Assembly: GCA_035221665.1 (NCBI GenBank)
Contig: CM069156.1
Span: 12,028,001-12,092,000 of the forward strand
DNA from: Okamejei kenojei
Lineage: Eukaryota
Direction of reading: 5' to 3'
DNA length: 64,000 bases
Shown here: positions 27,031-39,789 of the stretch, one piece after another
How the letters are laid out: every line of letters begins with the position of its first letter
Position numbering within the stretch: position 1 is the first letter of the stretch
Position numbers and translations under genes: made by a program
The notes under the pieces: generated by a model
Database searches by the model: none
What the model was told of the DNA's origin: nothing
Seen by the model: the letters and a program-made list of their open reading frames with translations, nothing else

Positions 27031-27219
27031 GGTAGACAAACATGCTGGAGAAACTCAGCGGGTGGGGCAGCATCTATGGAGTGAAGGAGTCTGAGGAAGG
27101 GTCTCGATCTGAAACGTCACCTATTCCGTTGCTCCATAGATGTTGCCTCACCCGCTGAGTTTCTCCAGCATTTTTGTCTACCTTCGATTTATCCAGCATC
27201 TGCAGTTCTTTCTTAAACA
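27031..27219. mobile_element. Penelope pLTR-derived fold-back element
   Basis: Inverted arms; 15-bp TSD CCTATATTTAT(T/C)ACA. Confidence 0.82.
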
Positions 27220-28291
27220 CCTATATTTATCACATGCCACTCTGGAATGTGCCTATACTCCTGGCCTGTGTACACTATCCTGAAGAATCCATTCAAAGTC
27301 TCTGCTACATCTTGAGCATCAGAGGTAGCTTGCAATTAGTCTGTAATGGTGGGTAGTGATCAGTGTCATGGTTTAACCAGACCTTTCCATACTGGTGATG
27401 TCCAGTCAGCAGACATATTTCCTATTCTGCACTGTTCTTAGAAGTGAACTGCAATTTTCCATTTTCTTTTATTCACTCACTCTCAATCTTGTCTTTATTA
27501 TCCCCCACAGACTTTGACGTCACTTGCTAAGTCATGAAAGATGTTAATAGGTCTGCCAGGTTTAGATTTCCTTTTCATATTTACTGTCCTGGTATGACCT
27601 TGCTCATTCTATTTGGTGGCTTAAGCTAAGTGAGAATAATTTTTCCCTGCTGATCTCAGCCATGCCTCACTCACTCAGTTTCACATCGGTGAAAGGTCGA
27701 ATCAATGTGCAAAAGACAGGAAGAAATTCTGAAACATCGGAACTGACAAAAAAAAAACGAGAGGTCTCTGTTGCTGCCAAGGCTACTCACAATGGTGAGA
27801 TTAAGTGAGCAGTTACTTTCAGCAAAACCTGCCTATCAACAGCCAACTGTCACCGGATTAGCGGCGTCAATATATCTGAAGGGAACAAGAGCAGTTTCAA
27901 TAACAGTTGTGCAGATGAGGAATCCCTGTCGTGACAGTGCAATGTCATGAATTTAGTCTCTGTGAATAATGTAAACTATGTAGTTAACGCTGCTTTTGTT
28001 TGAAGGGGTGTACGTTGAATTTGTTATTTCTGATATTTCTAGCTTCAGAAGGCAACTCAAGTTGGATGGTTAAAGCATGGCCTGTCAATTTATCTACCAT
28101 GAACAGCAGGGGAATTTCTGTTCAATATTTGAGGTCTCTTCTGTGCTTAATCTGCTTCAATTTCAGATGGTGTTCTGACATCTATTGACTTTGTTCTCAT
28201 TACAATTACTGACGGGATGTTTCCCAGTCAATCAGATAATTAAGACTGAATATCCAAGTCATAAAGGCAAAGAAAACACTAAAGTTACAAA

Positions 28292-28515
28292 AGTGACACA
28301 AAAAGCTGGAGTAACTCAGCGGGACAGGCAGCATCTCTGGAGAGGAGGAATGGGTGACGTTTCGGGTCGAGACCCTTCTTCAGCTCGGGTCTGAAGAAGG
28401 GTCTCAACCCAAAACGTCACCCATTCCTTCTCTCCAGAGATGCTGCCTTTCCCGCTGAGTTACTTCAGGTTTTTGTGTCTATCTTTGGTTAAACCAGCAT
28501 CTGCAGTTCCTTTCT
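28292..28515. mobile_element. Penelope pLTR-derived fold-back element with hammerhead cores on both strands
   Basis: ~90-bp inverted arms; 16-bp flanking duplication ACACT(A/G)AAGTTACAAA. Confidence 0.85.
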
Positions 28516-29699
28516 ACACTGAAGTTACAAATATTGGTCGAAGCTGAGTTGGTAGATTAAACAGTTGAAGACGTTTTAGACTACAGGGTAAATCAACTGG
28601 TTTCCTGGTGCTCATTGCTGCTCAGCGTGTCACTGGACTAAGTATGCGTCAACTGTCATAGTCACAGTGAAAACAGTGCATCATTAGTGCAGATCTATCT
28701 CAACATACTGCGGTGACAACTGAATTTTAAGGGAAAGTACTTGCAAGTAAATATTATGGAGAAGAGGTAAAATAGGTCAATGTGGTACTAAAAGAAAGGG
28801 GGGAACTTCATTTCCATAGTATACACAAAATGCTGGAGTAACTCAGTGGGACAGGCAGCATGTCTGGAGAGAAGGAATGGGTGATGTTTTGGGTCGAGTA
28901 ATTTCCATAGTAATGGTGAGAACATGGGAAACAGGTAAATGACAGTGAGTATAACATGAAGGCAACATAAACTGGTAGAACTGCTAACCTAAATTGGAAA
29001 ATTATAACATTTGAACTGCTCATCTAAAATGGAAAATGACAAAATTTGGAAAGCACATGCGAGCGATCTGGCAATTTGATTAGTGGTATTATGACAGTGC
29101 CCTGCGTAGGAAGCCTTTTTGCATCACCACTGCTGGAATAGACGAAAAGCTGGAATTTTAAAAATCCAGTTACATTTTTGTTAATACATAAATTGCATAA
29201 ATAAAATGGATTTCTTACTAAGACTGGAAGAAACTTGGCAACAGAACTTTCTGCACCATTTGCAGACTGACATCACCTCAACAACCCAAGGAGCTGCCAA
29301 ACCAGAGTGCAGCTTGATGAAAACTGGCAAGTCTTGACCAACTGCTTTTTAAAGCCCTTTGATACCTAGTTACACAGGGTTACATGTCAGCTGTGCTGGC
29401 GAGGACTTGCAAGTATTCCTGGCAAAACAGTTTGAGTGAAAAAAACAGCCAGAAAAAAAGACTTCATGTCATAGGTAATTAAAAGAAATTAGAATTCAAA
29501 AGCAGGAAAACTCATTCCAGGCCGAGGTACAAAATCTCCAAACACAAGCCCTTTATAGATGTTAACAAGAGAGCTGCATCTGTTTAGGACGGATGATATA
29601 AAGGAGAAGAACGTTGTTCCTCACTGAAATACCTTTCACAATATTGGAGACTGGTGTGAAATCCACAGTCTCTCAAGGTTTCTGGTTCAATTCAAAGGC

Positions 29700-30634
29700 T
29701 GGAAGAATTTATTTTTGATTGGTAGAACAGTTGATGGTTCACCTACCTAGTTCCTGATTTTTATTTTGTTTTGGTAATCCAAAATAATTTTAAAAAATGA
29801 TAACATTTGAAAAGTTCCAACCTCATTTCACTTTAAATAACAAAGAAAAAAAAGCTGAATCCTTTAAAGATACTCTTCAGATCTTGTCAGCCTTTTCTCT
29901 AACATTGCGGGGAGCGATAGCACCACTTGAGAATCTTCATCAGCAAGTCTTCTTCACATGAAGAAATGACAGCGAATAAAAAACTGTTATTAGCAAAGGA
30001 GTAAGGCTGAGATCAAAAGAGAGACTTCAAAGACTGCCTGGCAGCTCCTCACCCACAGTAGCAAACACGGAGTCTTATATTTAGAGCAGAACATTCTTGG
30101 ACCATATCATTTCGCCATCAATGGTAGTGTTATTGTGAAGAAATAGAATTTCCACAGAACACTTGCAGTTGTGCTGATGAGATGTCGATCACTGCATTCT
30201 TCCAACCTTGACAAGATTTGAAAGCTCTTAGGGACTAATTGAGTTTTTAAAAAAAAGATATTGCCATTTTGTGATCAGTATCTTACAAAATGTCGACTCC
30301 AGCCGTTGTGTCTGTTGGTGTTTACTGGGCTTTCTTTGGCTTTGGCAATCAAATGGGTTAAGATCAATCCCTTTAAATGTGAAGAGTTTTGTTTTTCCCA
30401 GGGCCAAATTTTCTTGTGTTTATGGCAAACAGAGCATCATTGAAAAAGGAAAAAGAGGAAAAAAAATGTTACCATACCTTAACAGCCAGAAAGAGCAGGA
30501 CCAGTAAAGGAAGTAATGCTAGATAGTCATGCAGAGGAACTTTTCTCAGTGATACTGAGTGAAAGTCACTTCATCCCACAAAGTGGCTGAAAAGCCCACA
30601 TCACATTGGTAGATTCTTTCCTATTTTGTGTTTC
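29700..30634 (-). other. STX1A: Probable 3' UTR of the canonical STX1A isoform (true end unknown)
   Basis: Repeat-free sequence directly after the TGA. Minus-strand AATAAA hexamers near 29708 and 29760. Confidence 0.5.
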
Positions 30635-30715
30635 TCAAAATCCAAACACTCCCCCAACTGTGGAGGCAATGACGACCCCCAGCACCACACAGCATATAAT
30701 GATCATAATCTTCTT
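30635..30715 (-). CDS. STX1A: Canonical syntaxin-1A terminal exon (transmembrane domain and stop)
   Basis: CTAAC branch-like motif, pyrimidine tract and CAG. Translates KKIMIIICCVVLGVVIASTVGGVFGF then TGA, matching the STX1A tail with the CC pair. Confidence 0.96.
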   Translation of the reverse strand, partial: KKIMIIICCVVLGVVIASTVGGVFGF

Positions 30716-31579
30716 CTGTAGCCCCCAAATCCAAGCAGCATGACAGGAAGAAGAGGAGAAAGTGTTAGTTCTGTAACTTTATTTACATTTAAATGATTCA
30801 GGGTCTTTACAGAATGGAAGATGAAGCAATTCCAAAACAGATTATAACCTTCCCTTTCAGTAAATGTTCTTATTGATATCTTCTTGTTGCAGGCTCTTCA
30901 TTTTAACAAACCATTAACATTTCAGAACCTACCTTGAAACATAAGTCCCTCACATTTCAAACATCTCGCGCACCACACATCTCTCGGTATAAATAGTACA
31001 CCACATATTCCATCACCACACTCCATCATATTAAGAAGCCATCCTCACATTAGACAACTGCTCACATTAGATGCAGACATACAACAACAATGCTCCCACT
31101 TCATATTATAAATCTCTCTTCTTAACAAGTACCTGACATTAAACACTCGCTCATGACATTATTTGTAGCTGGAAACAGCTGGGGAGGTAGAAAGTATGAT
31201 GTCTTCTTTCGACCTTTAATCCCAATGTAAAATGTTTACACATTATTGAATTTAGTTAATAAGTTTCTGACTGGCATCTTACCCTAATCTACTTTTTGCT
31301 GTCAAATTTGTATTTACAGTAATTGAAAAGCTTTGCAAAAGGAGCAGATTTTGGGAGAAAGACGAGAATTAAAAATACAATTTGGTTCAATTCTGAGTTG
31401 ATAATACAATACAATTTTAAGAGAGGGGTGTGATTGCAAGTGTGTGCACAAAGAGGTGTAAAGTGCATATCCGCATGTAAGAATGTTATTTATTGTCAAT
31501 TCACTTACCATCATCAGGCATTGAACTGCATAGGGACACATTTTAGATTCCCTGTTGAGATGTCTGTTAAGATCTAGAC

Positions 31580-31799
31580 CAGGGGTTCTCAACCAGGGGG
31601 GGATTTCAGGTTTTCAGGGGGGGAATTGGGACCACAAATTAGCAAACTCAAACTGTTAGAAATAAAGGATTTTCAGTATTATATGCATATTATTTGGAAT
31701 GCACTTTTTGAGGCAGACAATCTTGGAAAGGAGGGGGGGAATGACATTCTGACATATGTTGAAAGGGGTGCATGGGGCAAACAAGGTTGAGAACCACTG
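31580..31799. mobile_element. hAT/Charlie-type MITE
   Basis: TIRs CAGGGGTTCTCAACC / GGTTGAGAACCACTG and perfect 8-bp TSD ATCTAGAC (31572-31579, 31800-31807). Confidence 0.92.
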
Positions 31800-33294
31800 A
31801 TCTAGACTGTAATATAGACCTAAACTATCTTCTATTCCTTGTGGTTAATGGAATCATCAGCTTCTCCAACTTCTGACAGTCTGTTATAGCAGCTCAACTG
31901 CTTCCCATACAGTCTCTCACTCTTCACCTCACACACACCTTGTGAAAGGGTTGTAAAAGTTTTAACAGTAGAGCAGCCATAAAATCTACAATCATGCAAA
32001 ACAGCAAGCCACATCTTCAGAAATGGACGAAGAGAAAGTGAGGAATGTAATGCTGATACAAGAAGAACTGAGTAAAATCTAGAAAGGTACAAAACACCTG
32101 TAAAACAATGGCACTATCCACGTATTACATAGTGCTGTAGTTTTACAGCTGGATAATACTGTTCCAGTAACACATTCATTAGCAGTAGTGGAGAACGGGA
32201 AAGGGTCCATGCTGTAACACAATACATTTCTCCCATGGCAACAAGGCTCCTTTACTTTTGGGGAGAAATCGTATTACTTTTATTGCATTGTGTATTTATG
32301 TTTTTCCGTGGAGTCTATTATTATTTAGGCAGCTTCACTTTTTTTTTGGCTAAATAACAGCACTTCAGTAGTTTGTATCACAGTTGATAATTTCTTTGAG
32401 ATCAACGAATTATTGTATTTTTATTATTTTGCCTTTGTCATTATTTCCTTTACAAGAATTGTTGTCAGTGTTACATATGCCCATATATAATATGTGATAA
32501 AAGAAATGTTGACAATTATCATTTTCCTTTAGTATGGTGAAAAACAAGCCGATAGAATGGAACTATAATCTTCAATGAATGATTTTTTTTTTAAACTGGA
32601 AGGGCCAAGTGAAAGAATTGTGGAACAAAACTTGTTCAACAACCAGATATTACTACATCTGTTCAAGCCATTGGTTAAACTGCATTCAGAATATGATCCC
32701 AAATTTGGTCAGTACAATTTTGGTAAGAACTTAATAAATAGTGCATAACATTTCAGTGGAGTATGAGGCTTTAGTGGTGGTGAGACTAGAGAAAAAGTAA
32801 TACTTTTGCTACTCTATAAGATTCTAGGAAGTCTGATGGGCATTTTTTGATCCAAGAAGGTATCTTTCTTTATTATCTGTCCAGAAAATACAAATTTAAG
32901 ATTACTACCAAAAATAAGGAAAAGTTAGAATGTTTTTTTTTAATGCAGGGCCTATTGTGTTGACATTTGTCAGTGTCATTAAATTCGATCTATATTTTTT
33001 CCTAAAGAACTGTTCATGACTGCAAATTCATATATGGCAATGTCCATACTCGTTCCTGCATCTGCACATGAACATGGATCTGTGATTTATTTTCCTGCTC
33101 TTTAATTTTTTTTATTTTTATGGGTTTAATGGCTTGGATTTTCCCAAGAAGATGGCAAGAATTTCTCATTGTAACTTATGATACTCGTGCAAACATGAAA
33201 CTTTCAAAAGGAATGCCTGTGGATTAATTCACTGTGATGTTTGTAAAGTTTCTTGGGGAGTTGATCAAGTTGGGAGGTTTTTACCTGGCAAAGT

Positions 33295-33615
33295 ATATTA
33301 AATTATGAAAGGCATAGATAGATAGATTAGACAGTCAGAACTTTTTTTCCCATGAGGGAAATATCAAGTGCTAGATGGCATAGCTTTAAGGTAAGAGGGG
33401 CAACATTTAAAGATGTGTGGGGCAAGCTTTTACGCAGAGTGCCTGAAACCTCTGCTGATGGTCGTGGTGGTGTCAGAAACGATAGTGGCATTTAAGAGGC
33501 TTTTGACAAGGCACATGGATATGCAGGGACATAAGAGTTGGCCTTGGCATCATGTTCAGTATAGACATTGTCATCCGAAGGGGCTGTTCCCGTGCTGTAC
33601 TGTTCTATGTTCTAT
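33295..33615 (+). mobile_element. Degenerate CR1-like LINE 3' fragment
   Basis: Homologous to 38214-38573; ends GTGCTGTACTGTTCTATGTTCTAT. Confidence 0.7.
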
Positions 33616-34354
33616 TTTTTAGGGCCAATTTTCTTCAATATGTGCGTTGGGATAATTTGCATCAAATAACAGCATTTTTTTAAATGAGGACCCATGGATT
33701 GGTGTATATGTCCGATCTGTAGATATTTGCAATGGATCATCTTTACTATCATGTTACAGTAGGCTGTAACTTCCTGGTAGTGGAAGGCTGCCCTTCTTCA
33801 GCAATAACATAGGTGCTAACCATTCATTTATCTTTTGCTGATCCTTCAGTGTCAATATTTTGTATAGTCCCATCTTATTCTAAAAGGGAGAGATTCTACA
33901 CAGTGACGTGGTCATGTTATGCAATGGTGACATCTGATAGACTAGAACAAGCCCAATATACAAAACAGCTGAAAGAAAAATCTGTCAACCAGTAAAGCTA
34001 CATCTCAAGCTTTACCAGCTGTCAAGAACTCTGAATGTCACTGGCATTATAGGAACATCCAAAAACAATTAAAAATGAATAAAGCAACATGTTGTATAAA
34101 TAAATTAATAATTAATAATTAAAAAAGCATTTAAAATAATTAAAAAATATTAGAGCAAACTTATGCATCCAATCGAATGTGAACTACCTTGCTCTTCCCT
34201 CTCATGGTCGTTCCTCTCTACTCAGGTGAAAGGGGCCTGATGCAGGTTCAGTGAAGAAGTTTCCCAACACAACTACTGGGGACTTCTGCAAGTTCATGGA
34301 TCACCACCAGATTCCATAAGGAACACTTGGGAAACTGTTGGCAGAACTCACTTA

Positions 34355-35038
34355 CAATCCCGTTTACATCAACGGGACGATGGTGGAAAAGGTCAAGAAC
34401 TTCAAATTCCTGGGCGTGCACATTTCCGAAGATCTTTCCTGGTCCCAGCACGCTGATGCAATTATAAAGAAACCACATCAGCACCTCTACTTCCTGAGAA
34501 GACTACAGAGAGTCGGTATGTTAAAGAGGACTCTCTTGAACGTCTACAGGTGCACAGTAGAAAGCATGCTGACTGGTTGCATCGTGGCTTGGTTCGGCAA
34601 CTTAAGCGTCTAGGAGCAGAAAGGGATACAGAAAGTTGTAACCACTGCCCAGTCCATCAGCGGCTCTGACCTCCCCACCATCGAAGGGATCTATCGTAGT
34701 TGCTGCCTCACCAAGGCAGCCAACATCATCAAGGACCCACACCATCCTGGCCACGCACTCATCTCTCCGCTACCATCGGGCAGAAGGTACAGGAGCCTGA
34801 ATTCTGTTATATCCAGGTTCAGGAACAGCTCCTTCCCCACAGCCTTCAGGCTATTAAACTCGGCAACAAACAGACTCTGAACTGCAACAGTCTATTGCAC
34901 TTTATCTGCTTATTTATGTGTATATTGAACTAAACTGTTCTGTATTTTTGCTTACAATGTTTTGTGTTGCAGCAAACAAGAATTTCATTGTCCTATCTGG
35001 GACACATGACAATAAACTCTCTTGACTTGACTTGACTT
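34355..35038 (+). mobile_element. Rex1/Babar-type LINE 3' fragment
   Basis: PVYINGTMVEKVKNFKFLGVHISEDLSWS...LYFLRRL...YRCTVESMLTGCIVAWFG; AATAAA plus (CTTGA)n tail. Confidence 0.88.
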
Positions 35039-36649
35039 AGCAAGTTGGAGACTTCCACAATTGCCCGGGAATCTTCCAACCTCCAAAACCTAGGTGTAAA
35101 TTTCAGCAGTTCGGGGCTAAGCATAGTGTTTGCAACAGACCTGAGATCAAGTTATATTCTGAAGAGATACCTAAAATAGCCACCAGGGAATGCCCAAAAC
35201 CTATACTTCTATGGACATCAAGAGGTGTTTTACAAAGAGACCATCAGCTAAATTGGAAGCTCGTGGAATAGAAGAATTAGCAGTTTAAGATTTGACTGAG
35301 TGGCAGCAAACGGACAATAGAGTTAAGGGTGGATGTTCAAATTGGCAGTGTAATTAAGATTAATGTTGGGGTTGCAAAGATCAGTTGTACTTGGATGACA
35401 TGATAGAAAACAACATATTGTATCTGCCTGACATGGCAAAACCGGAAGCATTATAGACAGGAGCATTAATTTATAAGGAGCTAATGGATTAGGCAAATGC
35501 ACAAAACAGGACTGATGTGACAGAATACTTTCCAAATGGTGTTAAACCAGAAACAATGGAGATCCAAAGAGGGCTGGATAAAGTATCACAGAAAATAATA
35601 GGGCAAATATAATACTGGATTTTATATTGAGATTTTATAATATACTGGATTTTATATCGAGAAATAAAATGAAAAGAAATTGAGCAATTCTGCTACAAGT
35701 CATAATTGGACCATCTGTGCAGTCTGTGTGCTACAAGTTGGGAAGGATATTTTGGCCTTAGACAGGGTAAAGCAGATTTATCGCAATAATATCTTAATTC
35801 TGAAATTCAACTGAATCTTAAGGATTTCATAACTGAAATTATGCAAAGGCCGTATTTCATGCAATTTACAAGGTTAAAGGGTTATCTGACAAGATTTCAA
35901 GATAATAAAGGGAACATAAACCAGATAAAGAAACGATTTCCACTGATTTAAGAGTTTAAGATGAAATGGCAGTCTAAAAATTGAAGTGAGGAATGAACAC
36001 TTGTACTCATAAATTAGTCAGTCTGGAACTGTTAAACTCAGATTATGAGGTTGATAGATTTTTATTGGGAACTAGACCGTGCAGACCCGTTGGGAGGGGG
36101 ATTGGGGGTTTGGAGCGCTGGAGTGCCCCTCCCTCCCAGAGTGGCCCGACCTGCCTTGCAAGTGCATTGTGACGTCACTCAGATTTTTTTTTTCAAAATG
36201 GGTGAGTTTGAAGAAATCAGGCTGTTTTTAAAATGTCAACGATTAATAACCAGAAATGTAGATGGAAATGCGACGGGAAGATATTTATCTTCAATTATTA
36301 TCTTTAGATATTATTTATTAAATGTGAGTAGGATTTGTGAAAATGGGAAGGCTGTGGCCTAGCGTTTGGAAGATGATAGGAATTAACCAGATTGACACAT
36401 TCAGAGACACATCGTGGGCACAAACAAGACAAAGACTTTTAGTTATATAGAGATAACAATGGGAATAAGCAAACTTTGTTTTAGACAGTCCCTTAGGATT
36501 TTGGATGAGTTGCTTTCATTCTGGTTCTGAGGTGGCTGATAAGGCCAATGTAAGACCTACATTGGGCAAGTGTGGCTAGTGGGGTGGTCAGGTACGTGGG
36601 GTGTAAAGCAATGAGCTCCTTCTGCTCATTACGTTAACCTTCTGCATGA

Positions 36650-36880
36650 TTTGTTTAGTTTAGGGACACAGGATGGAAACAGACCCTTTGGCCTGCTGAG
36701 TCCATGCTGACCAGTGATCACTCGTTCACACTAGTTTTATGTTATCCTTCTTTCTCATCCAAGTCCATACGGTTAAAGGGAGAACGTGTAAACTCCACAC
36801 TGACAGAACCCAAGGTTGGGATCGAACCCAGGTCTCTGGTGCTGTGAGGCAGCATATCTACCAGGTGCACCACTGTGCAG
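36650..36880 (-). mobile_element. tRNA-derived SINE, internally deleted
   Basis: GGGATCGAACCC is the reverse B-box; TTTAGTTTAG is the reverse tail. Confidence 0.75.
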
Positions 36881-37686
36881 CCCGAAACATGCGGCCGAAA
36901 TTCTCAGCATCCTTCCGAATGCTCCTTATCTACTTTGAGCTGCCGGGATGGGCTCAGAAATCTTACGTTACATTTTTTTTTCTCCAAAGGAGGTGGATAT
37001 ATTAAGTCACTGAATGGGCACAACAAGATCTGGGAACTAAATGGGTGAGTTCTATTCCAACATTAATTTAGTAAAATTTGCTTGGCCATTTGCAGTGAGA
37101 ATGACGACTAGTTTGAGTGAGATATTGACAAAGAGAAAAGAGGGAGTTGAGAGGGAGAAGAGTGGAAAGAAAGACTGAAAGACAGGATAGAAAAAAAAGG
37201 TAAAATAGCAAGATGGGAAAGAGAGAGGAAGGGAATGGAGAGTAATTGATTTTAAAAGTATTTATAAAAATAGAAAAATCGCTGCAGAACTTCACCTGAA
37301 TTCATCGTGAACTAATAAGTTTGTAAAATCATGGATCATACTCTGTTAAGGCAAGATGCAAACCAATAATGCTTCTTAAGATTATAAACATTGAAATTAA
37401 CCCAAAATGATAAATAAAAGAGTGGTGCTTGAATCCTGATGTTGCTCTTCAGCTTATGGAGAAGCCAAAGCAAGCAAGGTCCGCACTGAAGAGAAGTTAG
37501 ACCTGAATCATGCACTTGGGGCCTGTAAGCAGCCTTTCCAGGAAAATCCTAGGTGTTGGCAAAATGAAATGGAGGTGTCCAGGAATGATGAGTTGTCGTC
37601 TTTCCTTTTTACACAAGCATACATGGAACAACAGCCCAGCTTTAGTCTCAGTCAGGATAATTCGGTGGATCATGTGCTTTCGAGCA

Positions 37687-37764
37687 TTAACTGAGAGACA
37701 CAGCCAAAGCAATGATGATAATCAACAGTACTACTGCAATGCATATTCCTATACAGATCATTTT
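37687..37764 (-). CDS. STX1A: Alternative terminal exon encoding a second tail-anchor transmembrane domain (syntaxin-2B-like)
   Basis: Strong acceptor TTGTTTTCTTCCCTTCCCACAG. Phase-0 frame KMICIGICIAVVLLIIIIALAVSLS then TAA, a hydrophobic C-terminal anchor of the expected length. Confidence 0.85.
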   Translation of the reverse strand, partial: KMICIGICIAVVLLIIIIALAVSLS

Positions 37765-38213
37765 CTGTGGGAAGGGAAGAAAACAATTTGGTGAGACTCA
37801 GCATGCAAATACGCACATCACAAAGAAACCACAGTAGCAAATAAAACATTCAAAATGTCTTGCAAATTTCTGGCTGACAACTGGGCATATGTTACACACT
37901 GGAATAATACATTCAAAGACATGACAGGACACCAAACATGTCCTCAAATATCTATGGCTCAAGGTTGGTTAATGTTGGATGGCCAATTGAATAATGAGAT
38001 AAAACCATGGCAGTACCTGTGATGGGACTGTGGCAGTGTGTTCAGGGCACTGTAATCCCCACAGAGCACCTCAGACATTTCTCCAATAAAGAACCTCCAG
38101 AATGAGGTTTTACGACGTTTACTTTCAGCATTAAGATTCAGACTGCTACTAGAGCGCTTGGGTGTCAAGTTAGGGAAAGTCGCTTTTAGTTCGGATGGAG
38201 TCCCATCTTGCTA

Positions 38214-38573
38214 CTTTATAGAGATGTGTAAGATCATGAGAGGAATAGATCGGGTAAATGCACAGAGTCTCTTGCCCAGAGAAGGTGAATTGAGGACCAG
38301 GGGACATAGGTTTAAGATGAAGGGGAAAAGATTTAATAGGAATCTGAGGGGTAACTTTTTCACACAAAGGGTGGTGGAAGTATGGAACAAGCTGACAGAG
38401 GAGGGAGTTGAGGCAGGGACTATCCCAACATTTAAGAAACAGTTAGACAGGGACATGGATATGACAGGTTTGGAGGGATATGGACCAAATGCTGTCAGGT
38501 AGGACTAGTGTAGCTGGGGCAAGTTGAGCCGAAGAGCCTGTTTCCACACTGTATCAGTCTATGATTCTATGAC
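38214..38573 (+). mobile_element. CR1-like LINE 3' fragment
   Basis: KIMRGIDRVN...RTRGHRFK...FFTQRVVEVWNKL; ctatgattctatgact tail. Confidence 0.88.
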
Positions 38574-39705
38574 TCAGTGACCAGTTGCAGACAGGCATCA
38601 CACAAGACTTCAGGGCTTTCATTACAAGCACGAGATCTGCTTCTCACAGATCTACACCCAGCACCAATGGTTTGCCCAGACTATACAAGTGGGTGGCAGA
38701 GCCAACACAGCAGAACATGCATGCTGCCCCCATGCTACTCTCTGCCAGGGCATTGAGGTGACAATCAGTTTTTCCGTTCAGCACATGGTCCATTTTAAGG
38801 CTCGGTTTGTCATAAATAGGCACAGCATCAAATCAAAAACACATCTTAACACACAGCAGCCAAACTCTCAACACAGCATTTGGAAGAAGCATGGAATTCA
38901 AGCTGCAATCATCAAGCCTTAGAATATCTGCAATTCAACAATAGTATGGAGATTGTGTCAAAATGGACAAAAATAAACCAGTAGTAGAGGACAATGCACC
39001 TGTAACTTGCTTTGTGTATCTGTGCAGAACTGCTTAGCTGTTAGATTGTCAGGTTGAAATGTTGCCAGCATACAAGTCCAATGCTGGCGGTCAGTGCAGA
39101 AGTCACTGATAGGATGTCGGATTTGGAGGAAGTGGGCTGTTGACTTGCTAACATTATGGCATCGTCTAGGTAGTCCCATTTAAAAGGCAAAGCTTCCTCA
39201 GACATGATCTATCAGTCAGTTGCTTCTGTTTACGTTATGTGGTGTGACAATATTGGCAACTGGTGCTATATGCCTGCAACTATTCTCTCCCAGAGGGAAA
39301 AAGGACTTGTTGTGATTACATAACTGCCAAATCCAGGTTTCAACCATCATTTTAGATGCACTAATGTTTTTCTATTTAGTTTTAATGAGCATATATTCTC
39401 CTTTTTCAGAATTTTTGTGCATTTCTTTTCAGCAACTATTTTTACCTGGTTTCGCTTGGAATTATATTTTAATCACAATTTACCCAGTAATACTTCTCCC
39501 TAAATGTTTTTAGAAAGCTTTATAATTACCCTTACTTTTCCTGGAATAAAGAGGAATTAAAGATGTTCAAACATCTCCTGGACTATTTTTCCATCATCAC
39601 TATCCCCTTTATATATTTAAAATAATTGCAAGTCATGTTAAACATGCCTTTCTGACCTGCGTAGTATTACCGCATAATTAGGAAAATTCACTGTTTGCCG
39701 TTCTA

Positions 39706-39748
39706 ATAAATCTAATAAATCCAATTTAATTGGATTTATTAGATTTAT
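39706..39748. repeat. Perfect AT-rich palindrome, 21-bp arms with 1-nt spacer
   Basis: ATAAATCTAATAAATCCAATT-T-AATTGGATTTATTAGATTTAT. Confidence 0.9.
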
Positions 39749-39789
39749 CTAACACATTTAATTAATCGTCTTTAAGAATTTCATAAGGG

